Position numbers and translations under genes: made by a program
From: a virus
IMG/VR virus record: IMGVR_UViG_3300042563_002443
Strand: one strand, 5' to 3'
DNA: 64,000 nucleotides
Part shown: positions 56,566 through 64,000 of the stretch, piece by piece
Position numbering within the stretch: the stretch's first letter is position 1
Layout of the letters: every line of letters starts with the position of its first letter
The notes under the pieces: model-generated
What the model was told of the DNA's origin: nothing
The model's database searches: none
The model's input: only the letters and a program-made list of their open reading frames with translations

Positions 56566-57538
56566 AAAAGCATTAATAACAGGAATTAACGGCCAAGATG
56601 GATCGTATTTAGCTGAATTATTATTATCTAAAGGATATGAAGTAACGGGCACATTAAAACGAAATTCAGTAGCAGAAAATCAAACATTTCGATTAGATTC
56701 AGTATTCGATTGCATACAATTGGAATATGCAGATTTAACTGATATGGCTTCATTAGTAAGAGTTATCACAAAAGTTATGCCCGATGAAGTATATAATTTA
56801 GCAGCACAATCACACGTAGGTATATCATTCGATCAACCAGTATATACCGCACAAGCAACTGGAGTTGGAACATTAAATTTATTAGAAGCTATTCGATTGA
56901 TAAAACTAGATACTAAAATATACCAAGCATCTTCTTCTGAAATGTTTGGCAATAATATAGATAGCGACGGATATCAGCGAGAAACAACTTCCATGCATCC
57001 GGTATCTCCATATGGCTGTGCAAAAGTATATGCTTATAACATATGTAGGAATTACCGACATTCATATAATATGTTTATTTCAAATGGGATATTATTTAAT
57101 CATGAATCACCTAGACGTGGCACTAACTTTGTGACTAATAAAGTTTGTAAAGAAGCAGTTAGAATTAAATTGGGACTATCTGATAAACTAAAATTAGGTA
57201 ATCTAGATGCAACTAGAGATTGGGGCCACGCAAAAGATTATGTAGAAGCTATGTGGTCAATGTTACAAATGGATGAACCTGATGATTATGTTTGTGCTAC
57301 TGGTATATCTCACTCAGTAAAAGATTTATGTAATTATGTGTTTTCATATCTAGATCTAGATTGGAAAGATTATGTAATCACTGATAATCGATATTTACGT
57401 CCAGAGGAACTACATAATCTTAAGGGAGATCCAACTAAATTAATACAAAAAATTGGTTGGACACACACATACACGTTTGAAACACTGTTAGATGAAATGA
57501 TAGAATATTGGTTAACTACGTATAACAAAGGCCTTTAA
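56558..57538 (+). CDS. gmd: GDP-mannose 4,6-dehydratase
   Basis: ALITGINGQDGSYLAE, YNLAAQSHV, YQASSSEMFG, SPYGCAK, FNHESPRRG, RDWGHAKDYV. Confidence 0.96.
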   Translation: MIKKALITGINGQDGSYLAELLLSKGYEVTGTLKRNSVAENQTFRLDSVFDCIQLEYADLTDMASLVRVITKVMPDEVYNLAAQSHVGISFDQPVYTAQATGVGTLNLLEAIRLIKLDTKIYQASSSEMFGNNIDSDGYQRETTSMHPVSPYGCAKVYAYNICRNYRHSYNMFISNGILFNHESPRRGTNFVTNKVCKEAVRIKLGLSDKLKLGNLDATRDWGHAKDYVEAMWSMLQMDEPDDYVCATGISHSVKDLCNYVFSYLDLDWKDYVITDNRYLRPEELHNLKGDPTKLIQKIGWTHTYTFETLLDEMIEYWLTTYNKGL

Positions 57539-58125
57539 TGATACCTACATACATAATAAATTTAAAAGAACGAGTTGATAGAAAATCATATATTCTCGAA
57601 GAAATAAAAAAACTCCCGGGACTATCATATGAAATTGTCGAGGCAATTCGTGATGAAACAAATACATGTTTTGCATCGCATATTAAATGCATACAACAAG
57701 CTAAAGATAATAGTTTACCATATGTATTAATTTTAGAAGATGATGCCATGTTTACAGATGATTCCATTGCAGTATTTAATTCAGCATTTTCTAAAATTCA
57801 TTCACAACAATGGGATATGTTATATCTAGGCGCGAACTTAAATTCTCCAGCGTATAGTATTACTTCGTCACTACTTAAATTATCAGGCGCATATACAACA
57901 CACGCATACATGGTTCATGAACGATTTTATGATACTATTTTAAATTTGAAATTAGATTTTGAAATAGATGTGTGTTATTCAAAATTAATGAATAAAAATA
58001 ACGTATATATGTGTGATCCAATAATTGCATATCAACTACCATCACATTCCGATATACAACACGGATTCAGAGATTATAATTCAGCAATACATAATAACTA
58101 TTTAAAACATAAAAAACTAATATGA
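57538..58125 (+). CDS. GT25-family glycosyltransferase
   Basis: YIINLKERVDR, CFASH, LILEDD, WDMLYLG, TTHAY. Confidence 0.85.
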   Translation: MIPTYIINLKERVDRKSYILEEIKKLPGLSYEIVEAIRDETNTCFASHIKCIQQAKDNSLPYVLILEDDAMFTDDSIAVFNSAFSKIHSQQWDMLYLGANLNSPAYSITSSLLKLSGAYTTHAYMVHERFYDTILNLKLDFEIDVCYSKLMNKNNVYMCDPIIAYQLPSHSDIQHGFRDYNSAIHNNYLKHKKLI

Positions 58126-58748
58126 ATAAAGAATTAGAACAAACGTTTACTACTATATATAGTACGAGAGCATGGCATAGTAAAGAAAGTATTTCCGGTA
58201 ATGGGTCAGAATTAATTCAAACCAAACAAATTATCGAGGAACTACCTTTTTTATTTAAAAAATACAATATTCAGTCTGTATTGGATATTCCGTGTGGCGA
58301 TTATAATTGGATGCGCTACGTTGACAAAACTAATATTAAATATATTGGAGCTGACATAGTAGAAGAATTAATAAATTCAAATACTGCGAAATACCCAGAT
58401 GTTAACTTTATGCATTTAGATTTAACAAAATCTGAGTTACCAACCGTTGATTTAATATTAGCCCGGGACGTATTTGTGCATATGACATATGAAACAATTG
58501 TAAGTGCATTAGAAAATATTATTAAAAGTGGAGCTAAATATTTATTAACAACATCATTTACTGGCTTAAATCTAAATACTGATTTGCATCAAAATGGTGA
58601 TTGGAGATGTTTGAACTTACTAGCAGCCCCATTTAGATTTAAACCAGTATATTTGATTAATGAAGATTGTACCGAAGGAGTTGACAATCAACATAATGAT
58701 AAATGTTTGATATTATTTGAAGTTTCTGGATTATATATTGGAAGTTAA
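58122..58748 (+). CDS. Class I SAM-dependent methyltransferase
   Basis: ESISGNGS, VLDIPCGDYNW, YIGADIV, DLILARDVFVH. Confidence 0.82.
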   Translation: MNKELEQTFTTIYSTRAWHSKESISGNGSELIQTKQIIEELPFLFKKYNIQSVLDIPCGDYNWMRYVDKTNIKYIGADIVEELINSNTAKYPDVNFMHLDLTKSELPTVDLILARDVFVHMTYETIVSALENIIKSGAKYLLTTSFTGLNLNTDLHQNGDWRCLNLLAAPFRFKPVYLINEDCTEGVDNQHNDKCLILFEVSGLYIGS

Positions 58749-58749
58749 T

Positions 58750-59619
58750 ATGAAAATACTCTTAGCATGTATCAATGCCAATGGATGTGGTGGCAGCGAA
58801 ATGTATCATTACGAATTAGCTCGAGAATTAGATCAATCCGGACATGATGTGACATTATTTACATTACGTCAAATTGATTGGACAGATCAAGTTCGATTAA
58901 AATTAAAACATATAAGACAATTGGATACTACAAATTTGGATACTACTGAGAATTTTGATATAATAGTAGCAAGTCAGCCAGAAGTCAATTTGTTTGTATT
59001 GGAACACTTTAAAGAAACGCCGATTGTTAGTATTATACATTCAGAAATTAGATCTGAGGATCCAATATTGAATCCTAGGATATTACATTACATTGCAATT
59101 AGAAAACCAATATTGGATATGCTGATTAATGAATATAAAATTCCAGCAAATAAAGTAAGTTTAATTTATAATCCAATTGATCAGAATAGATTTAATTCAG
59201 CTGAAACTAAAAAGTTGGAACGACATTCTGGAATATTTGTTGGGGAAGTATTAGATCCAATAAGATTTAATGCAGTTCAACATATTGTACAACAATGTGT
59301 AAAAAATGATTGGGATTTATACTTAATGAGTGAAAGTAGATTTAATTTCAATCACCCTAATATTAAATACGTAGATAAACGTTGGGATACTGAAAACTTT
59401 GTTCAAATGATGAATTTTACTGCAGGAATTTTATTAGGACGAACTACATTGGAAGGTTGGTGTTGTGACGTTCTTGGCTACATGTATATTATTGATATAC
59501 ATGGCGCCATTCATTCAATTGAAACTGACGCACCTATTAATATCAAACAACTTTGCAATAGTACATATGTTGCTGCAAAACATGTTGAATTATATAAATC
59601 TATTATAGATACAATATGA
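58750..59619 (+). CDS. GT-B glycosyltransferase-like protein
   Basis: MKILLAC...GGSEMYHYELAREL..GHDVTLF, IYNPID, GRTTLEGW; in-frame ATG at 58750. Confidence 0.7.
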   Translation: MKILLACINANGCGGSEMYHYELARELDQSGHDVTLFTLRQIDWTDQVRLKLKHIRQLDTTNLDTTENFDIIVASQPEVNLFVLEHFKETPIVSIIHSEIRSEDPILNPRILHYIAIRKPILDMLINEYKIPANKVSLIYNPIDQNRFNSAETKKLERHSGIFVGEVLDPIRFNAVQHIVQQCVKNDWDLYLMSESRFNFNHPNIKYVDKRWDTENFVQMMNFTAGILLGRTTLEGWCCDVLGYMYIIDIHGAIHSIETDAPINIKQLCNSTYVAAKHVELYKSIIDTI

Positions 59620-60311
59620 AACATTGCATTATTTTACATTTGTATTATCAGGATCTTTGGCCTGAATTCAAAGAAAAACTGATTCCGATAATAAACAAAA
59701 ATATAGATTTATATGTATCGGTAACTACTTTAGAATCCAAATTTATATCAGATATAGAAACATATGCAACCAAAGTTTTTTTAGTAGAAAATCGAGGAGC
59801 AGATATTGGACCATTTATTTTTGTATATGACAAAATAAAACATAATGATTATGCTACTTATTTAAAATTGCATGGAAAAAAAACAATGCATAATCCAAAA
59901 TTCGGAAAAGCATGGCGACAGGAATTATATTTTGGAATCGTAGATCATTATGAAACTATTCTTAAACACGTATCGACGATATTGGGTCATTGGATGTTAG
60001 GAAATGGATATCATTTAATGGATATGAATAGTGAATCTAATGATCATATTAATAGAATTCAATCATTAGAATTCATAAAACAAGCAGCAGCATATTTAAA
60101 CGTTACATATGAGGGAGCATTTTTTGCTGGGACAATGTGGCTAACAAATAAAGAATATCTAGAAAAATTGTTTGATAATATCAATTTAGATGACTTATAT
60201 AAACAATTTCAACCAGGTCATTTAACAAATTCTCTTGCACATGGAATGGAACGAGTACTTTGTTATGGTGTTGAACATCATGGCGGTCAATATATTAAAA
60301 TCGGAAATTAA
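59616..60311 (+). CDS. Rhamnan synthesis protein F (RgpF)-like protein
   Basis: ILHLYYQDLWPE, VENRGADIGPF, LKLHGKK, FFAGTMW, LAHGMER. Confidence 0.8.
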   Translation: MKHCIILHLYYQDLWPEFKEKLIPIINKNIDLYVSVTTLESKFISDIETYATKVFLVENRGADIGPFIFVYDKIKHNDYATYLKLHGKKTMHNPKFGKAWRQELYFGIVDHYETILKHVSTILGHWMLGNGYHLMDMNSESNDHINRIQSLEFIKQAAAYLNVTYEGAFFAGTMWLTNKEYLEKLFDNINLDDLYKQFQPGHLTNSLAHGMERVLCYGVEHHGGQYIKIGN

Positions 60312-60314
60312 CTT

Positions 60315-61463
60315 ATGTCAAACATTTCACTCTTAGTAGGCCTTAAAAATAATTTAGACTACAATAAGAATTTTTATCAAACAACCCGAGAACTTTATCC
60401 AGAAGTTGAATTGTGTTTTGTAAGTTTTGGATCAACAGATGGGACTCATGAATGGTTAGAAACATTAGCAGACAACAATGTTAAGTATTTTTATTCAGAA
60501 GAACAAAAAACATTTTCTGATACATTTAATAAGGCAGCAGAATTAGCAACAAAGGATTATGTAGCATATCTTCACAATGATATTGTGCTAGCACCTAGAT
60601 TCCTAGAAAACTTGGAAAAACATGTAGCACCAACCAATGTAGTGTCATATACCACAATAGAACCGCCTATATTCGCAGATCATGAGCGCCCTGGTAAATT
60701 GATTCATGATTTAGGTTCATCGTTAGAGACGTTTGATACGGGGGCTTTATATGAATATGTAAAACATAAAGAATTAGAATATTCCAATAAAACAGAACCT
60801 GGAATTACGTTTTTTATGTGTATGCCTCGCATTGCATTATTAGATATAGGCGGAATGGATAATTTATTCAATCCAATGTTTTGCGAAGATGATGATTTGA
60901 TTCGCCGTTGGAAATTGCTAGGGATGACATGTTTTACGACACTAGATGCAATATGTTATCACTTTGTAAGTAAAACGTCTAGATTTTCAGAAGAATATCA
61001 AAACAGAACTCAACAAATAGAAATTGCATCTAATAGAAATTATATTAGAAAATGGGGAACTAAATCTAACGCTCCTAAATATAACATTGCATTTCAAGTT
61101 ACAAATTGTAATATAAATTTATTACAAACATTGGAGCCATGGTGTGATCGAATCTATATAGACGATGCAATGCAAGTATTAACTGATTCATACATTGAAA
61201 CAGAACAACCAAATACCAAATTTGATTTAACTAAACGTGTATTTTGTATTGGATATAACGATCCTGCAGGAGAAAATGATATAGTTGTGGCAATTGATGG
61301 AAACACCTTTACGCAAACAGATTTTCAATACATACAACAACTATCAGAAATACTGCAAGACTCCGGGCAACCAGGAACATTTCGATTAGGAAATTGTCAA
61401 ATAACAATTGTTAGTTTAATTGCTATGGAATCTGAATTAATTGTATGTAATCGCGGAATTTAA
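60315..61463 (+). CDS. GT2-family glycosyltransferase
   Basis: STDGTHEW, YLHNDIVL, GGMDNLFNPMFCEDDDL, CYHFVSKTSR. Confidence 0.85.
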   Translation: MSNISLLVGLKNNLDYNKNFYQTTRELYPEVELCFVSFGSTDGTHEWLETLADNNVKYFYSEEQKTFSDTFNKAAELATKDYVAYLHNDIVLAPRFLENLEKHVAPTNVVSYTTIEPPIFADHERPGKLIHDLGSSLETFDTGALYEYVKHKELEYSNKTEPGITFFMCMPRIALLDIGGMDNLFNPMFCEDDDLIRRWKLLGMTCFTTLDAICYHFVSKTSRFSEEYQNRTQQIEIASNRNYIRKWGTKSNAPKYNIAFQVTNCNINLLQTLEPWCDRIYIDDAMQVLTDSYIETEQPNTKFDLTKRVFCIGYNDPAGENDIVVAIDGNTFTQTDFQYIQQLSEILQDSGQPGTFRLGNCQITIVSLIAMESELIVCNRGI

Positions 61464-61534
61464 TCCAAATATTTTTCAATAAAATTATAGTCCTTGTTAT
61501 TTGATATTGTCCCATATTTATCTTAAAGGGCAAT

Positions 61535-61756
61535 ATGAACAATCTATTAAATGACGAGTCAGGCAACGCATCATCAAAACGAATATCCGGTTTACTATGT
61601 GTTATTTTTTTAAATGTTACATTGTTAGCTAATTCATTTTCACACGGCGACATAAAACCATCAGACATACTAGTGCAAACCGTTGGTATGTTGGCGTTTG
61701 GCTGTTTAGGATTAACAAGTTTAGACAAATACACAAAAAATAAGATTAACAAATAG
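61535..61756 (+). CDS. Small two-TM membrane protein (holin-like)
   Basis: SSKRISGLLCVIFL...LAFGCLGLTSLDKY; ATATTTATC at 61514. Confidence 0.55.
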   Translation: MNNLLNDESGNASSKRISGLLCVIFLNVTLLANSFSHGDIKPSDILVQTVGMLAFGCLGLTSLDKYTKNKINK

Positions 61757-61761
61757 TTTAG

Positions 61762-62163
61762 ATGGATGATTTAGGAAAATTTATACCGTTATTTATTGGC
61801 GGAGGATGGATTGTATTAGTGATCGGAGCTGCAGGAATGTTGGCCCGAGTCGCTACAAGCAAAAATCCCGAAGAGAAAACAATCTTACAAATTATTAATA
61901 ACATGGTCGCTGCCATGTTAGCATCTTTGATATCATGGTTTATCCTAGAACAGTTTGAAATTGCAGCTATATGGAAAGCATTAGTTTACGGTTTAGTAGG
62001 ATTAAATTCTCCAGAATTATTATCTGGTATTATTAAAATATCAACCAAATTTTCAGAAAATCCAGGTGAATTTATTTCAAATGCGAGAGCAGGCAAGATT
62101 ACATCAATAAAAAAAGCGCCAACTAGAACAACTAGAAAGCCTACAACAAGAAAAACAAAATGA
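61762..62163 (+). CDS. Three-TM membrane protein with a basic C-terminal tail (holin-like)
   Basis: Hydrophobic helices, GLNSPEL, tail KKAPTRTTRKPTTRKTK. Confidence 0.6.
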   Translation: MDDLGKFIPLFIGGGWIVLVIGAAGMLARVATSKNPEEKTILQIINNMVAAMLASLISWFILEQFEIAAIWKALVYGLVGLNSPELLSGIIKISTKFSENPGEFISNARAGKITSIKKAPTRTTRKPTTRKTK

Positions 62164-62876
62164 AACAAACAACGTTAATGGTTATTTTAACTGGTATTAT
62201 TATTGTTATAGCCAGTTTCGGAAAATATGTCGAGTCTAATATCACTACATCAGCAACAAGTATATTAGAGAATCGATTAAAGCCTGTCCCGGCGCTATCT
62301 CGCATTTTTGACTATTACGGCACGACTGTACAAGATGCAATAACAACTTCCAATATTAACATACAAAACATTCAACAGCATCGCGACGCTATACTTGAAG
62401 AGAAAATAAAAAGAGATACTTTATGGAATCAATACACCAACACATATTTAGTAGATTCGGAATCTAAAATGGTTGATAAAGTTAAAATTGAAATGAATGA
62501 ATTGGATAATACTATTGATTTTATCCTAACATCACCCGATACAATAAAAGTAAAATCAATTATAACTTCAGATAGATTCAACGCTGATATGAATACAACC
62601 ATGAATGATATAAATTGGCTACTTGATTTACAAACTCAAGTTGGACAAGAAGAGACAATGAAAATGATAGCGTTACTAGAAAGATTCTCTCATTTTATGG
62701 TTGGGGCAATTGCTTTAGCATTTATAATGCTTGGTTCTATAATATACCCAAAAATATTTAATAAAGAAAAATTACCTATTAAGCCAGTTAGAAGAACAAA
62801 AACAACACCGGCTAAAAAATCAACAACCCGCAAACCAGTTGCAAAAAAACCTGCAGCTAAACCTAGAAAAGCATAA
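62160..62876 (+). CDS. Two-TM protein with an MCP-type four-helix-bundle extracytoplasmic domain and a basic tail
   Basis: TM1, SILENRLKPVPALSRIFDYY, LWNQYTNTYLVDSE, LLDLQTQVG, TM2, then a K/R/P/A-rich tail. Confidence 0.55.
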   Translation: MKQTTLMVILTGIIIVIASFGKYVESNITTSATSILENRLKPVPALSRIFDYYGTTVQDAITTSNINIQNIQQHRDAILEEKIKRDTLWNQYTNTYLVDSESKMVDKVKIEMNELDNTIDFILTSPDTIKVKSIITSDRFNADMNTTMNDINWLLDLQTQVGQEETMKMIALLERFSHFMVGAIALAFIMLGSIIYPKIFNKEKLPIKPVRRTKTTPAKKSTTRKPVAKKPAAKPRKA

Positions 62877-63310
62877 TGAAAAAACTAATCACAATCTTAT
62901 TTTTATGTTTTAGCACAGTTGCTATTGCACAGGCATCCTACTACGTAATGGTTGCCCCAAATGTTGCATTTGATACAAAAGTTAGTGATCCAAAAAACTT
63001 ATTGGGTGCTACTGTTGAGATAGGTAAATATTTTGGAGATATTGCTGTTGGTATTAATACTGGTCTATTTTCTTTAGACATAAAAGATTTGTATTCAGAG
63101 TTAATGATTACATCTCCTATATATGGCCCATTTTCAGTTTCTGTTGCTGGTGGTTGGTTTTTTTATAAAAAAGATATTACCATGGAATATGATATTAATT
63201 ATAATTTTCCAAGAATAAAAGGATATACTCCAGTATTTTCATATTCTTTACAAACTGCGTTTGGCACTTCGTATAAATCATTTTCAATTGGCATTAACAA
63301 AGATTTTTAA
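62876..63310 (+). CDS. Exported protein, small outer-membrane beta-barrel-like
   Basis: Signal peptide MKKLITILFLCFSTVAIAQA, alternating beta-strand pattern, C-terminal Phe (SIGINKDF). Confidence 0.6.
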   Translation: MKKLITILFLCFSTVAIAQASYYVMVAPNVAFDTKVSDPKNLLGATVEIGKYFGDIAVGINTGLFSLDIKDLYSELMITSPIYGPFSVSVAGGWFFYKKDITMEYDINYNFPRIKGYTPVFSYSLQTAFGTSYKSFSIGINKDF

Positions 63311-63377
63311 CAAAAAAATTAAAAAAGATATTTATAATAAATTAGAAACCAATTAAAAAGAAAGCACCAATAAAAAA

Positions 63378-63980
63378 ATGAGCCTTAAGGAACAAAGATT
63401 ACAAGAATTAACTAACATTGCTCCAACAGTATCAGTCAAAATGGATATGGAGTGGTTAGGTGCAACAACAAACACTGCAGACTTTCAGATACGTTTAACA
63501 AGCACTGGTACAACAGCAGTTAAATTCAACGCATTGATTATTCGTGGAGTTCATTCTCCAAAGATAACAACAGGAACAATAACTTGGAAAGCATTAAATG
63601 AAAATGCGCATTCGTTATTGTTAGGCTGGCCTAATAAAGGAACTACTAATTTACCATATATCTCAGGTGCAAGAAAATTAAACTTCTCTTCAGCAACAAA
63701 CATCTTTACCAATGAAACAGCTCCTATTATACCAACTGGAGATGGGGCAGTTATGGGTACATTTAGAGTTTCAACATCAACAACATGGAACCCAAATACC
63801 GATTTTGGTTTTGTATGGGAAATGACAACAGGTGGAGTTGTTGGTTATGTAAATTTTGACAAACCGTCTTCAACTACATCACTACCAGTTGGGTTTTTAC
63901 ATTACGGACCAATAACAAATACAGCAATAGGAAAATGTTTAACAGTAACAGCACCAAGTGCACAAATATTAAATAAATAA
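63378..63980 (+). CDS. Beta-sandwich hypothetical protein
   Basis: 200 aa, T/G-rich; ATATTTATA at 63328. Confidence 0.55.
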   Translation: MSLKEQRLQELTNIAPTVSVKMDMEWLGATTNTADFQIRLTSTGTTAVKFNALIIRGVHSPKITTGTITWKALNENAHSLLLGWPNKGTTNLPYISGARKLNFSSATNIFTNETAPIIPTGDGAVMGTFRVSTSTTWNPNTDFGFVWEMTTGGVVGYVNFDKPSSTTSLPVGFLHYGPITNTAIGKCLTVTAPSAQILNK

Positions 63981-64000
63981 AATAAAATGGCAAAGTACAC

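Noticed and set aside
91-62168. All minus-strand ORFs and short alternate-frame plus-strand ORFs in the track (e.g. 91-411, 2572-2880, 23841-24503, 36000-36500)
   Set aside because: Each lies within a well-supported + strand gene, has no recognisable motifs, and looks like a shadow ORF.
1-64000. Stop-codon reassignment, tRNA genes, introns or inteins
   Set aside because: Core genes (PolB, RecA, NrdJ, helicase) are uninterrupted and of normal length in code 11, TAA, TAG and TGA all end genes, and no cloverleaf was recognised in the short intergenic regions.

Overview
This 64 kb window (AT-rich, every credible gene on the + strand, standard genetic code) comes from a large contractile-tailed, T4-superfamily-like dsDNA phage. 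A Bacteroidota-type host is plausible but not shown. Gene order: (1) 1-18.9 kb, tail fibres/adhesins (YadA-like SHAEG repeats, a BspA/DUF285-like repeat protein), tail sheath, tube, a chaperone pair with a likely frameshift, tape measure and baseplate; (2) 18.9-46.6 kb, replication and nucleotide metabolism (divergent family A polymerase, SSB, RecA/UvsX, 5'-3' exonuclease, helicase, class II RNR, family B polymerase, clamp and loader, dUTPase), interleaved with a 7-deazaguanine DNA-modification pathway (folE, queD, queE, a DpdL-like T-fold protein, a DpdA/TGT-like transglycosylase) whose operon also holds a cytidylyltransferase and a glycosyltransferase; (3) 46.6-61.5 kb, a ~15 kb glycan biosynthesis island; (4) 61.5-64 kb, membrane/exported proteins. 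Two recurring promoter motifs are visible: ATATTTATA (late-like) and TTKGAW-N17-TATAWT (sigma70-like). The strongest novelty candidates are: a dispersed family of late-promoter cassettes whose unrelated payloads share an N-terminal MIKLK..L.E / LAENMRRFGTKNLNE leader resembling a capsid-targeting, protease-cleaved signal, one of them flanked by a 34-bp direct repeat; a possible hypermodified deazaguanine pathway; and a structured RNA leader upstream of the tail-fibre gene. All protein calls come from motif recognition by eye; no database searches were run.
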